From assembly GCA_902560445.1 (NCBI GenBank), contig CACELO010000002.1, forward strand, positions 66,468 through 130,467: DNA of 64,000 bases, in the 5' to 3' direction. Shown in pieces: positions 34,660-45,944 of this stretch (its first letter is position 1; each line of letters begins with the position of its first letter). The notes beneath the pieces are model-generated. The model was not told the DNA's origin. It worked only from the letters and a program-made list of their open reading frames with translations, and ran no database searches. This DNA is from an uncultured Candidatus Poseidoniales archaeon. Lineage in GTDB: Archaea > Thermoplasmatota > Poseidoniia > Poseidoniales > Thalassarchaeaceae. The position numbers and the translations under genes were made by a program.

Positions 34660-35925
34660 TCATGTCCCTGCAGAATAATCTTCTAGATAGGCTAATTGCT
34701 CATCGGTCAAACTATCGATACTAATTCCTTCTGATGTGAGTTTTAGCCTTGCCAATTCACTATCTTGTTCGGCACTAATATCGTAGACGATATTGTCGTA
34801 TCCTTCACCCTCAGTCGCTAACCGACAAAGCGCTAGGAATTGATTGGCGAATGACATATCCATTACTTCGCTTGGATGGCCTTCTGCTGCGGCTAGATTC
34901 ACCAGTCTTCCACGAGCAAGCAAATGTATAGTACGGCCATCTTTGAGTTGGAAAGCTTCGTTATTCTCTCTGATAGTGTAAATTTTCTTGGCTCTATCTT
35001 CAAGATGTGAGAGATTGATTTCACAATCGTAATGCCCTGTATTACAAACGATTACTCCTTCTTTCATAATGTCGAAGTGACGTCCTGTGATTACATCCTT
35101 CATTCCAGTTGCTGTGCAGAATATTTCGCCAATCTTTGCAGCATCATCCATCTGCATCACACGGTATCCATCCATGACTGCTTTCAGAGCAGCGATTGGA
35201 TCGACTTCCGTGACGATTACATTGGCACCCATACCACGTGCACGATTGGCTAATCCCTTGCCACAATGTCCGTATCCAGCAACTACAAAGGTTTTCCCTG
35301 CTAGCAATACACTAGTCGCTTGGATGATTCCGTCAAGGGTTGATTGGCCTGTCCCATGTACATTGTCGAAGTCCCACTTGGTAGATGCGTCATTGACTGC
35401 AATTACTGGATAGAGGAGTTCTCCTGCCTCACCCATCGCTCTGAGTCTGTGAACTCCCGTGGTTGTTTCTTCGGTACCTCCGATTACGTCTTCTGCTAGC
35501 TCTGGAAATTTGCTATGGACACGATAAATTAGGTCTGCGCCATCGTCTAAAGTAAGTGTTGGATTTATTTCCAGAGTACGATCTATTGATTGGTAGAACT
35601 CGTCGGTGTTTTGACCATACCAAGCATGTATATCATAACCTTCAGATGCAAGCCAAGCCGCTACATCGTCTTGAGTAGATAGCGGATTACAACCGGACCA
35701 AGAGACCTTGCCGCCAGCGGCCTCAATGGTCTCAATTAGAACAGCGGTTTCTTTAGTAACATGTAAGCAACCAGCAATTCTTTGACCGGCTAAAGGCAGT
35801 TCTTTCTCAGCCTTTTCGCGCAATGCTGCTAGAGCCGGCATTCTGCTTCGGGCCCAGTTTACCTTTAGGCCACCTGCCTTTGATAGAGAGAGATCTGCCA
35901 CAGTGTATGTGTCACCCGTGTCCAT
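34660..35925 (-). CDS. ahcY: Adenosylhomocysteinase (S-adenosyl-L-homocysteine hydrolase)
   Basis: YTVADLSLSKAGGLKVNWARSRMPAL, NAD-binding GYGHCGKG, length 421 aa. Confidence 0.9.
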   Translation of the reverse strand: MDTGDTYTVADLSLSKAGGLKVNWARSRMPALAALREKAEKELPLAGQRIAGCLHVTKETAVLIETIEAAGGKVSWSGCNPLSTQDDVAAWLASEGYDIHAWYGQNTDEFYQSIDRTLEINPTLTLDDGADLIYRVHSKFPELAEDVIGGTEETTTGVHRLRAMGEAGELLYPVIAVNDASTKWDFDNVHGTGQSTLDGIIQATSVLLAGKTFVVAGYGHCGKGLANRARGMGANVIVTEVDPIAALKAVMDGYRVMQMDDAAKIGEIFCTATGMKDVITGRHFDIMKEGVIVCNTGHYDCEINLSHLEDRAKKIYTIRENNEAFQLKDGRTIHLLARGRLVNLAAAEGHPSEVMDMSFANQFLALCRLATEGEGYDNIVYDISAEQDSELARLKLTSEGISIDSLTDEQLAYLEDYSAGT

Positions 35926-35990
35926 GGCCTACGGCGGCCACCAACAGGCCTTCAAGGTGCGTTTTGAGCATCCCCCTTTCGAGGGTTTAC

Positions 35991-38900
35991 TCAATTGCCG
36001 TCCCCTTGGCCTTGCTGGGCGTAATATGCTGCGTAATATTGCTCGGCATATTGCCTCGCGGTAGCTTCGTCATAGCCTTGTCCGACCATCTGTTGTACGT
36101 ATGCTTCGACGGGGTCCATTTGCTCCACACCACCAAACTGTTCAACAGTGTCTTGGCCATCATCCGATTTACCTCTCGATCTAACAACGACTAGAGTTAC
36201 ACCAACAATTGCTAGAACCAAAATAACTCCGATAGCAGCGAACATGATGACGTCGGTGCTACCACTTTCTGACTCACAACCATCGCTTGATGGATTCAGA
36301 GCACAAGGGTCGCTTGGTCGAGGAAGTAAGTCAATTGTAAACTGGTCATCCAAGGTGTACCTGCTTCCATCTCCCTCAACAATTCTCCAGTATATTGTGA
36401 CCTGTTTCCCAGTAGTCTCCAAGTAAAGGTCTGCAATGTTGAGAGTGATTGTGAAGGAGTCACCATCTCCAAGTGGGGCTGGACCTGTAGAATTGTATTT
36501 TCCTAGTGCCTTCTGAGTAGCCTTTGGAGAGGGTGTCAAATCCAAATGGGCAGAATCTAAAGCCACCTCAATTATGACACCGTTTTCGGCACCTGATTCC
36601 ACAATACCATTGATTGTGACCAAATCTTGGCTCTGAGAATCAGTAGAACGTGGTGAAGTAATATCCACAACTGGCGGTTCGTCTCCGAAGTCCTCTCCAA
36701 CTACAATGAAGTAGATTCGTGCCTTTTCTGATTGCTTTCCAGCACGATCGTATACAATCAATTCTAGCCTAATCTGGTTCTCAAGCGTTCCATCGCTAGT
36801 CATGTTACGGAATACATAATTCCACGTGTCACCACCTGCTGCGTTAGGTACCTGGAAGGTATGGCCTTCTAGAGTTGGACTCGAGGAATCTACAGGATAA
36901 TCAAAGAATACACGATATTCAAACATCTCAATTCCTCTCTCACCCTCAGGTGCGTCGTCGTCAGAGCTTGCTGAAGAATCGAAGGAAAGACTGATATCAC
37001 CACTGTCGGTCAATCTAACTCGATATATTGGCCAATCTATGCCCCCAACGGTTTTGCTCCCTTCAAGACTTACGTACTCATCTGTAACGCTGTCCTCAAT
37101 CATTTGTAGATCTGCATTAGGTCGGAATTCATCCGCTAATGTATCATCTGTTACTAGATTGATGTAAGTGATTCTTGTGTGACCCTCATCATCATGTAAA
37201 TACAGAGTCAGATGCCATTCTGCACCGATTCTACATCCAGTTGTGGAACTCGAATCGCCAACGCAGAAGCTACCAAGAGCTGGTATGCTCGCACTGTTTT
37301 GACGAATGTGGCTAGTTTCACCGAAATCGATAATTTCTCCTTCCCACCCTGTAACCGACTCATTCATGTCTATAGATTGTAATGTCCAATCGGCAATAAT
37401 ACCGTCAGCCAAGGATGAATCCGACGTCAAGAAAGAGAAATCCAGTTCAGAGTTCGACTTGATGTACATGGTTGAGTAGGCGCCTGTTACCGTGTCAATC
37501 GAAGGGGCTTCTCCATTCACAGTCAAGTCAAATCCATCACCTGCAATTCCGAAGTTACTTGGGTATGGAGTTACTTGATAGCCAAGCATATTGGATAACA
37601 GTGGCATAGATGTTCCATTAAATGGTTGAGAGAAGCTTGGATTCTCAACGTCAAGGGTAGTAACAATCATTCCACCTGCTCCGCGATTACATATCGAAAG
37701 TAACGACTGTGAGTCAAACGATTCACTTCGCATTAGAGTATGGAAGGTTCCGGTTGGATCACTAATTCGACCACCACATACTTGTGGAATTTGGTCGAAT
37801 TGTACCTGTGCTGTATCGAGACCTGCTAATGCGACGTAGGACCCACCGTGAACGCCGGCAAAGGCTGCAGTATCGACGTTATTCATCAGTGGGTGGTATG
37901 CATCGACAATAACTAGGTCATCATTTGTGACTGTGTTATTCCATTGGTTTCGCATAGCGATATCCATTCCGAAAGGTAGCCTATTTGGCTGATATTCGTT
38001 ACGATATGGCCCAAGGTGAATCTGAACAGTTCCACCGTTAACCATGTATGCCTCAAGGACTTCTGTAACCGAGAGACCGTCTGATTCCCTAGTAGATGCT
38101 AGTGTCTCGTAATATTGTCCATACTCGACATTGTAATCGGTCTGCCATGGTAGCAAGATCTTGTCATAATGGGACATCCAGTTCTCAGTTGCGTATCGAT
38201 CCCAATCATTTACTGACAACTGAGTATATGTCATTCCCATCGACTCTAGGTCTTGCTTAACTCTCTGCAAACGATTCTGATCTGTAGGGTTGGATAGAAT
38301 TGCGACATCGACAGTTTCAAAGAATTCTATTTCAAAGAATCGATCGTTTCCTGATGGTTCTCCGTCTTCAGTCAATATAGCATAGAAGCTGATGTTGTAT
38401 TGATGACCATCATACCAGCCGTTGTAAGGTGCGGTCCAATTAGCGAAGTCTCGAGCATGAGCTTCAAGATCAAACGGCCCATTATCTGCCGGCTGTTCGT
38501 AAACAGTTTGGCCTGTTGTCATGTCTACAATCTTCATATTCACTTCATACTCGCCTGCGATTACACCATTCAGAAGAGGAACAGTGAATGAGTGCTGAGA
38601 GACTGAATCATATGTGTAGACGCACTTGTATGTGATATCAGAGACACAATCAAGTACATTTGGTTGCATCAAAGTTATGTCTGCGCTTGCGATACTGAAG
38701 ATAATTTGGGTGTGATTATTTGCGGTGGTAATCTCGGTTTTATTATACCATGATGTATCTTCAATTGTACTATTGAATAGAGTTGTTGCATCAATTCGGT
38801 AAATTCCCGATTTGAAGTCGTGCGTTGCCACCGTAACGTCTTCGCGCTCCGATGCATCAAGTCCATTGATGTCGTTGATGTAAGTTCCATCATCCTCGAA

Positions 38901-41900
38901 AGTGAATTCATCGATACGAATATTATCGACTGCAAATCCGGCAAGACCAGCATTTCCATTGACCCCATCATCATTTGATTGGAATCTCCATGTTAAAGTG
39001 ACTTCCGAGCCAGAAAGATCTGTGCACTCCGTCCTCCACTCGAAGGTATCGTTAGAGGTCTGGTTTAGCAGAGTTATGTGAGTCATATCAATGATTACTG
39101 ATTTAACTAGACTCTCGGAATCAAACCAAACTACAGACTCGTATCGGTCGGAATGGTCTCCCATGTATTCGACCTCATCATATCGACCATTGTTGTCGAA
39201 ATCTTCACAGGCACCTAGACCACTACCATCTTGGAAAGGTCTCAGTCCATTTTCGTTAAGATCAGTCCAGCTTCCCCAAACGGTTCCACTGAAGATTTCT
39301 CCACCCTTAGACCACTCAATTTCTAGGCCAGCAGCATCACGTATTGCCAGAATGTTCCCTTGCTGATCTGAGAGGAAATCACCTTCCGCAAAGTAGTCAA
39401 ATGTCAGGTAAGTGAAGTCGGTTCCACCGGAAGCAACCGGGAAAGGATCTAGGGTTAAAGTCTCATCCCAGTTGTCACCATAACCTGTATCTGGGTCTCC
39501 TAACCAATATGCAAAGGAATTGAACACGCCTCTGCTTTGTGGTAGCATTGGATGGTCACCATTGGTGTCATCTAATCGACTTCCATTCATATTTCCATCA
39601 TCTTCCCAAATTGGTTCGAATCCTGAGAAATCCTCTATTGCGATTAGATCAGGCAGAGCGTTCTTGACTTTAGTTTCCAATTGGAAGTCTGTTAGTGTGT
39701 TTCCAAAGTTTTGAACTCGAATTTCTATGTCGCGATCGCCAGATGCATATCTCAATCCATTCTCAAGACTAATCCATGGCTCCTCTGCAACACCTGGGTC
39801 GAATAGGTTCTTGACAGTAATCTGGAATTTGACTTCGTCATTTGTTGCATCAGCATTATCGAATCCACTAGGATTGGTTAATTCTGTCTTGATATAATAT
39901 GTTCGATTATCGACGAAATCAGCATTAAGAGTGACCTCCTCGGTAGCACCAGCTGCAAAATCTGTGAATGACAGAGTTTGACTTACGACTTCTTCGGTAC
40001 CGAATATAATGTCGGTTTTGCGAATAGAGATGTTGTCAAAGGCATACCCATCTAATCCAGTGTCCTGAGAGGAACCGTCTGGGCCAACACTTCCCATCAA
40101 TCCGCTGCGGAAGCGGAAGCGGATATCAACAACCTCCCCGGCGTAGGGCGTAAGATCGATTGCATCATCACCGGAAAAACTCGTCCAAGTGGTAACCGTA
40201 TTAGTGTTGAAGTTTCCATTGTAGGTGTTGTATTCGGGATCTTGGCCGAATCCATAGAGACGCAGATATCTTTCATTATCCCAGCCACCAGTAAAGAATA
40301 CCTGTTCCCATCCATTTCCATCGCTCCAAACCTCAATACCACAGGAGTCCTCATACAACCATCGCTCTACTACGGCGTATTGCTCAGCGAGATACAACTC
40401 ATAGAATGCGGCGCTGCAGAAAAGATCCAAATCCAGATATGCTGCATCTGCACCTGTTAAGTCAACATTCTCGATTATGAACGCCTCGTCCATGTTGTTG
40501 TAGTAACCTGAATCGTTATCCTGGTTATTGTGATCCATTCCGGCCCACATATATGTAGTTGGGTTTCTGTCAGCTTCCCACCAGTCATCGGTGGCTGAAC
40601 CATTAGAATCTGTAGAGGCATTCCATTCCTCGTGCCATGAGGATGAACCTTCGCTATATTCTCCTGTGTAAGATTTTAGGGTAATTGCACAAGCAGGACA
40701 ATTGGTATTATCGATATTACCCTCAAAGTCGTTGGAATAAACAAGAGTATCAATTCCGTCAAGAACTTCCTTGACTTCTAAATCGACATCTATTGAGCCA
40801 GAAATAGGGTTAAGACCTGTGTTTTTTACTGTTAAGTTAACAAAACGATTGCCCTCACCAATCATGGCTGCTCCAGTCGCCGGATCGTAGGCCGCCGGTG
40901 CAATACTTACCTCGGTAATTCCAACATCCTCATTATCGAGACTGAGGACTGAAAGGAAATCACCTGCTCCAGCCCAACCTTGAGTATCAAGCCACATAGC
41001 GCTGTTTGCGAATCTGTATGATCTGTCTCGCTGTCCGATGGCTATCTCGTATGCACTATTTTCTCCGCCAGCTAACTGACCCGGGACTGCCATAGTTGGT
41101 CGCCGACCAACGTCAAAGGAAAGCGATGAAAGATATCCATTTCCGTTTGGATTACCAAGAATGATTTCTACAGTATTGATTTCCCTCAGATTATCCACAA
41201 GCAAGTATGTCTGGTTCTGCGCAGTGGAGTCCTGCAAGCGAGTTAGAGTAACCTCCGTTGGAACAAAGAAATCCATGTGTCCATCTCGATTTACATCAGC
41301 AATGGTAAGCGAGGCACCTAGGTAATCGCCTAGGGGCACGTAATTTTGAGTATTCCATGTCGAACCAGATCGAGTTGCATAGGATATATATCCTGTAATT
41401 CCATCAACAGCGGCGATTAAGTCAACCTCACCGTCATCATTGGTATCGGAAATATCGATTCCGTACAAAGGATAGTTATGTTCTGCGTCAAGCTTGAAAT
41501 TGTGTACACCATTTGCTGTTGCATCCAATGGGTTTGGATAAGCTCCTAGAGTGCAGTCGTATTCAAGCACAGTCATATTGTCATAGTGACCATTCGAGTA
41601 TCCAACACCAGTGTTGTACGGAGGTGAACGCAGCAACCAAATATCCAGATCTTCACAATCTCCAACACCGCCACCAGGAAGGCCACCACCGCCAAGGACA
41701 TCTTCTCCCCAATGTCCTAGCATTAGGTTCGTGTGTAATCCATTAGTTAGTGGCACTGGAATGGTTTGTTGAGCCGTTAATTGAGTTGGGTCAGGACCCT
41801 TGTATATGTTGATGTAATTATTTGTGAAAGTAGGGTCAACCACACTCATCACAATATCTGCATCTCCGTCGCCATCAATATCCTCTACATCCATATCCTG

Positions 41901-42476
41901 AAGATACGGGTTGCTAACTGTGATTGCCTCAGAAGGATTCCAATTATTGATTCTCTCGCTACAATCTCCCCAAAGTACAGTTAGATTTCCGGGGACCATG
42001 GGCCCTCCTACGAATCGGATGTTTTGTTGGTAGTATACAACATCGTTAACGCCGTCGCCGTCTACATCGGCGACATAGACTCTGGTTCCGTCGGCTGTAT
42101 CCCTGAATCCAGCGCGGAAAGAATCGTTGTTTGATATGAATACGTCCTGCCTGTCTCCAAATCCTCCATTACCGTCATTGTAAAGTGCAGTGATGAAGTG
42201 ACCCATTGAACTGGCCGATACTATATCGTTATCGTCATCGCAGTCAATATCTCCTATAGAAATGAAAGAGGGATCTCTTTGTACTGCATAGTCGGTAATG
42301 TGGGACGCTGATACAGATGGAACCAATGATAACATTGGCGAACTTAACATCAGCATAACCAAGAAAATCGCTATTCGACCTCCTTTGGATTCGTTTCGGG
42401 TGTTCTTAGACAGGGACATCATGACTTCGCCGAATTTCATTTCATTATTATGCCTAATGGGGAGTTGTTTTTCCAA
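35991..42476 (-). CDS. Giant (2161-aa) secreted cell-surface protein with integrin-alpha-like FG-GAP Ca-binding repeats, a single C-terminal TM helix and a Tyr/Gln/Ala-rich cytoplasmic tail (putative adhesin)
   Basis: Signal peptide RIAIFLVMLMLSSPMLSLVPSVSAS. Repeated DxDGDGxxD motifs (DIDCDDDNDIV, DVDGDGVNDVV, DIDGDGDADIV, DVNRDGHMDFF). C-terminal FAAIGVILVLAIVGVTLVVV followed by ...QQMVGQGYDEATARQYAEQYYAAYYAQQGQGDGN. Confidence 0.75.
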   Translation of the reverse strand: MEKQLPIRHNNEMKFGEVMMSLSKNTRNESKGGRIAIFLVMLMLSSPMLSLVPSVSASHITDYAVQRDPSFISIGDIDCDDDNDIVSASSMGHFITALYNDGNGGFGDRQDVFISNNDSFRAGFRDTADGTRVYVADVDGDGVNDVVYYQQNIRFVGGPMVPGNLTVLWGDCSERINNWNPSEAITVSNPYLQDMDVEDIDGDGDADIVMSVVDPTFTNNYINIYKGPDPTQLTAQQTIPVPLTNGLHTNLMLGHWGEDVLGGGGLPGGGVGDCEDLDIWLLRSPPYNTGVGYSNGHYDNMTVLEYDCTLGAYPNPLDATANGVHNFKLDAEHNYPLYGIDISDTNDDGEVDLIAAVDGITGYISYATRSGSTWNTQNYVPLGDYLGASLTIADVNRDGHMDFFVPTEVTLTRLQDSTAQNQTYLLVDNLREINTVEIILGNPNGNGYLSSLSFDVGRRPTMAVPGQLAGGENSAYEIAIGQRDRSYRFANSAMWLDTQGWAGAGDFLSVLSLDNEDVGITEVSIAPAAYDPATGAAMIGEGNRFVNLTVKNTGLNPISGSIDVDLEVKEVLDGIDTLVYSNDFEGNIDNTNCPACAITLKSYTGEYSEGSSSWHEEWNASTDSNGSATDDWWEADRNPTTYMWAGMDHNNQDNDSGYYNNMDEAFIIENVDLTGADAAYLDLDLFCSAAFYELYLAEQYAVVERWLYEDSCGIEVWSDGNGWEQVFFTGGWDNERYLRLYGFGQDPEYNTYNGNFNTNTVTTWTSFSGDDAIDLTPYAGEVVDIRFRFRSGLMGSVGPDGSSQDTGLDGYAFDNISIRKTDIIFGTEEVVSQTLSFTDFAAGATEEVTLNADFVDNRTYYIKTELTNPSGFDNADATNDEVKFQITVKNLFDPGVAEEPWISLENGLRYASGDRDIEIRVQNFGNTLTDFQLETKVKNALPDLIAIEDFSGFEPIWEDDGNMNGSRLDDTNGDHPMLPQSRGVFNSFAYWLGDPDTGYGDNWDETLTLDPFPVASGGTDFTYLTFDYFAEGDFLSDQQGNILAIRDAAGLEIEWSKGGEIFSGTVWGSWTDLNENGLRPFQDGSGLGACEDFDNNGRYDEVEYMGDHSDRYESVVWFDSESLVKSVIIDMTHITLLNQTSNDTFEWRTECTDLSGSEVTLTWRFQSNDDGVNGNAGLAGFAVDNIRIDEFTFEDDGTYINDINGLDASEREDVTVATHDFKSGIYRIDATTLFNSTIEDTSWYNKTEITTANNHTQIIFSIASADITLMQPNVLDCVSDITYKCVYTYDSVSQHSFTVPLLNGVIAGEYEVNMKIVDMTTGQTVYEQPADNGPFDLEAHARDFANWTAPYNGWYDGHQYNISFYAILTEDGEPSGNDRFFEIEFFETVDVAILSNPTDQNRLQRVKQDLESMGMTYTQLSVNDWDRYATENWMSHYDKILLPWQTDYNVEYGQYYETLASTRESDGLSVTEVLEAYMVNGGTVQIHLGPYRNEYQPNRLPFGMDIAMRNQWNNTVTNDDLVIVDAYHPLMNNVDTAAFAGVHGGSYVALAGLDTAQVQFDQIPQVCGGRISDPTGTFHTLMRSESFDSQSLLSICNRGAGGMIVTTLDVENPSFSQPFNGTSMPLLSNMLGYQVTPYPSNFGIAGDGFDLTVNGEAPSIDTVTGAYSTMYIKSNSELDFSFLTSDSSLADGIIADWTLQSIDMNESVTGWEGEIIDFGETSHIRQNSASIPALGSFCVGDSSSTTGCRIGAEWHLTLYLHDDEGHTRITYINLVTDDTLADEFRPNADLQMIEDSVTDEYVSLEGSKTVGGIDWPIYRVRLTDSGDISLSFDSSASSDDDAPEGERGIEMFEYRVFFDYPVDSSSPTLEGHTFQVPNAAGGDTWNYVFRNMTSDGTLENQIRLELIVYDRAGKQSEKARIYFIVVGEDFGDEPPVVDITSPRSTDSQSQDLVTINGIVESGAENGVIIEVALDSAHLDLTPSPKATQKALGKYNSTGPAPLGDGDSFTITLNIADLYLETTGKQVTIYWRIVEGDGSRYTLDDQFTIDLLPRPSDPCALNPSSDGCESESGSTDVIMFAAIGVILVLAIVGVTLVVVRSRGKSDDGQDTVEQFGGVEQMDPVEAYVQQMVGQGYDEATARQYAEQYYAAYYAQQGQGDGN

Positions 42477-42509
42477 CCCCTATGGGGTTGATGGGTTTAA
42501 TCAGTGCAA

Positions 42510-43235
42510 TTAGTTCGCTTCGAGCCAACTAGGATTTGGAGCGTATTGAGTCTCGGAACCACCGTGTATACGCTCCAATTTACCCAGGAGCCAGAGCCTA
42601 TCTAGGAACATCTGTAACTCTAATCCTGAACGGTTAATTCGCTCCCCCAATAAACTCTCTATTGAGCCTACTGAAAGAGAGGTATGACCGTGTTCACGAA
42701 CCACTAAAGTCATGACTAACTGAATCCAAGATTCTGCCATTGGGTCGCCAGACATGTTGTCGGATAGAGGCTCGGGGTCTTCTTCCAATTCTTCCAAAAA
42801 TAAGCTAATTTCTGCGAGGTTCGGTTCGCTTCTCTGAGGGACGCCTAACTCTGCGACTCCGGCATCTATGTCAAGGTCTCCGACAACTCTGACAATGGAT
42901 GGTAATCGACTTGGATCGGGTGGAGGCCCTGGTAATTCTCTAGCCTCTTTAGCAAGTTTAGAGCCATCGGAGGTTCCTGAAGTCGAGGAAATAACCGATT
43001 GTGTGTATCCGATATCACCTTCGAGACCTATTCTTTCACGGTATAGGTTAACCCAAGACGGCGGGCCTTGGATTACAACTTCTACTTCATGCTCATTAGA
43101 GCGGAAGGAGAAGCGGATGTTTTCCTCGTCAGACATATAATCACCGGTTAAGTTATCAGATTTCAATTCAAGTATCTGCCAAATTGCGCAAAACGGCCTG
43201 AAGGATTCCGCCATTTCGGTAATAGTCGACCTCAA
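42510..43235 (-). CDS. Acidic hypothetical protein. The true start is probably the internal Met at about 43136, because 43235 overlaps the 3' end of the aconitase gene.
   Basis: Intact ORF with no recognisable motif. As drawn it overlaps the aconitase gene by 68 nt. Confidence 0.4.
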   Translation of the reverse strand: MRSTITEMAESFRPFCAIWQILELKSDNLTGDYMSDEENIRFSFRSNEHEVEVVIQGPPSWVNLYRERIGLEGDIGYTQSVISSTSGTSDGSKLAKEARELPGPPPDPSRLPSIVRVVGDLDIDAGVAELGVPQRSEPNLAEISLFLEELEEDPEPLSDNMSGDPMAESWIQLVMTLVVREHGHTSLSVGSIESLLGERINRSGLELQMFLDRLWLLGKLERIHGGSETQYAPNPSWLEAN

Positions 43236-45852
43236 CAGGCGTATCTAGTCTCACGACTGCATCGAATTCGATAACCTCTCCACTTTCCTTCGTCGCTTTG
43301 ACAGTTATGGAGGATAGCGGAATTAGGTCAGCTGTAGCAGGAATATCAAAAGTCTCAGTTCCATCAAGGCCGATAGAATCTGCGTTATCTCCCTCTGGGA
43401 AGGTCAATGGAAGCACACCCATACCAACTAGATTGGAACGATGAATTCGCTCAAAGGAGGTCGCAATTACTGCCTTCACCCCAAGGAGATAGGTGCCTTT
43501 GGCAGCCCAGTCTCTGCTACTACCTGTGCCATACTGAGTACCCGCTAAGACTACCAGAGGCGTTCCTTCAGCTTGGTATCTCATGCTTGCATCGAATACC
43601 GAGACTACTTCATCGGTTGGGAAATGAGTAGTGAATCCACCTTCGGTCCCGTAAGCTATATCATTACGAATTCGAACATTAGCAAAAGTTCCTCTCATCA
43701 TCACTTCATGGTTACCTCGGCGGCTCCCAAAGGAATTGAAATCTCGAGGTTCTACACCCTTTGAAATGAGGTATTGACCAGCTGGCCCATGGTGAGGGAA
43801 AGCGCCGGCGGGACTAATGTGATCTGTGGTTACAGAATCTCCTAACTTGAGCAGAACTTTAGCTCCGTGAATAGGTTCTATTGGAGCAGGTTCAGGGAGA
43901 ATTCCTTCAAAGAAAGACGGGAGACGAACATAAGTTGATTCATTTGCCCAAGGATATAGAGCGGATTCAGAACTACTAATTGCGTCCCATCGAGGTTCCT
44001 TTAGAACATCTGAGTAGCGTCTTCGGAACATTTCAGGACCAATTGAATTAGCTATAGTTTGCTTTATCTCGTCATCACTCGGCCATATGTCGGATAGCAT
44101 AACTGGACCATTTGGGCCGTTACCAACCGGGTCTGTCTCAAAATCGACATCTAGTGTTCCAGCGATTGCATAAGCAACTACCAGAGGGGGGCTTGCGAGA
44201 TAATTTGCTTTGACCTTCTGGTGTATTCTTCCCTCGAAATTTCGATTTCCTGAAAGTACACTTCCAACAATCAAATCCGCCTCATCAATTGCTGCTTCAA
44301 TATCAGCGTCCAGGGGTCCAGAATTTCCAATACAGGTTGTGCAACCATATCCTACGACACTGAAACCAAGTGAATCTAGATCCTCAGTAAGTCCAGCCGC
44401 ATCAAAATACTCAGTGACTACTCGAGAACCAGGCGCTAGGCTCGGTTTTACACTTGGTGCAATTGTTAAGCCCGCTTGTCTGGCTTTTCTTGCCAGTAAA
44501 CCAGCAGCAATCATTACACTTGGATTACTGGTGTTGGTGCAACTCGTAATAGCGGCGATTACGATATCACCGTGTTTCAGGTCAACCCCTCTAGAGCCAA
44601 TTTTAGCAGAGGAATCATTCTTACTTTCATGAATGCCATGTCCGCTATGTCCAATAGGTGCATTTAGACTTGTTTTCCAATGGTTTTTCATATCTGAAAG
44701 ATCGACCCTATCCTGAGGCCTTTTGGGACCAGCCAATGCGGGTTCTACGGTCGATAAATCGAGCGATAGGTTGCTTGTAAAGGACGGTGTAGGAGTTTCG
44801 GATGTATGGAACATTCCTTGAGCTGAGAGATAGCGTTTAACATCCTCAATATGAGACTCTTCTCTGCCAGAAAGTCGCATGTAATCTAACGTGGTTTCAT
44901 CGACTGGAAAGAATCCACATGTTGCTCCATATTCAGGAGCCATGTTGGCAATTGTTGCCCTATCGGGAAGACTTAGATTTGCGAGCCCAGAACCATGGAA
45001 TTCTACAAACTTACCAACCACACCATGTGCCCTCAGCATCTCTACTATTCTTAGTGTCATATCGGTGGCTGTGACTCCAGGTCTGAGAGAGCCTGTTAAC
45101 TCAAAACCACAAACTTCGGGAAGAAGCATGTAAATTGGCTGACCTAGCATTACCGCCTCAGCCTCAATTCCACCGACTCCCCAACCTAAAACTCCGAGCC
45201 CGTTGATCATGGTTGTGTGACTATCAGTACCAACTAGAGTATCGGGTAACCAAACGCCATTTTCACCTCTAGCTACGCTAGCAATCCACTCCAGGTTTAC
45301 CTGATGAACAATCCCCCTTCCGGGAGGTACTGCACGAAAATTATCCAAACTTTCCTGACCCCATTTAAGGAATTCATAGCGCTCCATATTTCGTTGGTAT
45401 TCAATCTCCAAATTTCTCTCTCTTGCATCTAAGAATAATCCGGATACATCAACCTGAACAGAATGATCGATTACCAAATCGACTGGGACTTGTGGATTTA
45501 CTTTCTCAGGATCTCCACCCAACTCTACCATTGCGTCCCTTAGGGCAGCAATATCAACAACAGCAGGCACTCCTGTGAAGTCCTGTAAAATTACACGACT
45601 TGGTGAGAATGGAATTTCTTCAGGAGTCATTGTAGGCGACCAAGATGCGATGCGTTCAACATCTTCACGAGTAATGAGGAAACCATCGCACTTTCGCAAC
45701 GCGGCTTCCAACAATAATCGAATTGTAAAGGGAAGAGAATCAAGGTCACAGAGACCTAATTCTTGCAGATGATAAAGTGAGTGAAAGTCGGCTTCAGTAC
45801 CGTCAGATTTGGCAAATGATCTCACAGAATCAAAGCCTACTGAATCCATCAT
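43168..45852 (-). CDS. acnA: Aconitate hydratase A
   Basis: 894 aa; N-terminal [18 protein letters not shown]; multiple Fe-S ligand Cys blocks ([21 protein letters not shown]); [15 protein letters not shown]-terminal motif. Confidence 0.9.
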   Translation of the reverse strand: MMDSVGFDSVRSFAKSDGTEADFHSLYHLQELGLCDLDSLPFTIRLLLEAALRKCDGFLITREDVERIASWSPTMTPEEIPFSPSRVILQDFTGVPAVVDIAALRDAMVELGGDPEKVNPQVPVDLVIDHSVQVDVSGLFLDARERNLEIEYQRNMERYEFLKWGQESLDNFRAVPPGRGIVHQVNLEWIASVARGENGVWLPDTLVGTDSHTTMINGLGVLGWGVGGIEAEAVMLGQPIYMLLPEVCGFELTGSLRPGVTATDMTLRIVEMLRAHGVVGKFVEFHGSGLANLSLPDRATIANMAPEYGATCGFFPVDETTLDYMRLSGREESHIEDVKRYLSAQGMFHTSETPTPSFTSNLSLDLSTVEPALAGPKRPQDRVDLSDMKNHWKTSLNAPIGHSGHGIHESKNDSSAKIGSRGVDLKHGDIVIAAITSCTNTSNPSVMIAAGLLARKARQAGLTIAPSVKPSLAPGSRVVTEYFDAAGLTEDLDSLGFSVVGYGCTTCIGNSGPLDADIEAAIDEADLIVGSVLSGNRNFEGRIHQKVKANYLASPPLVVAYAIAGTLDVDFETDPVGNGPNGPVMLSDIWPSDDEIKQTIANSIGPEMFRRRYSDVLKEPRWDAISSSESALYPWANESTYVRLPSFFEGILPEPAPIEPIHGAKVLLKLGDSVTTDHISPAGAFPHHGPAGQYLISKGVEPRDFNSFGSRRGNHEVMMRGTFANVRIRNDIAYGTEGGFTTHFPTDEVVSVFDASMRYQAEGTPLVVLAGTQYGTGSSRDWAAKGTYLLGVKAVIATSFERIHRSNLVGMGVLPLTFPEGDNADSIGLDGTETFDIPATADLIPLSSITVKATKESGEVIEFDAVVRLDTPVEVDYYRNGGILQAVLRNLADT

Positions 45853-45944
45853 CCCAATACCTCTTGATTTATTGGGTTAGGGAACCCTCCATCAATGTGA
45901 CTATTGGAAGCATATTCCATATGATAGCCAAGGTTATGGTAATA

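Noticed and set aside
35987-36426. Small ORFs (35987..36187 -, 36148..36426 +) at the 3' end of the giant FG-GAP gene
   Set aside because: They are embedded in or overlap the 2161-aa gene in other frames; no independent signals.
42300-42480. ORF-track start of the giant gene at 42476 versus the in-frame downstream Met (MKFGEVMMSLSK...)
   Set aside because: I could not decide the true start from sequence alone. Both precede the signal peptide, so the feature is reported with the ORF-track coordinate.
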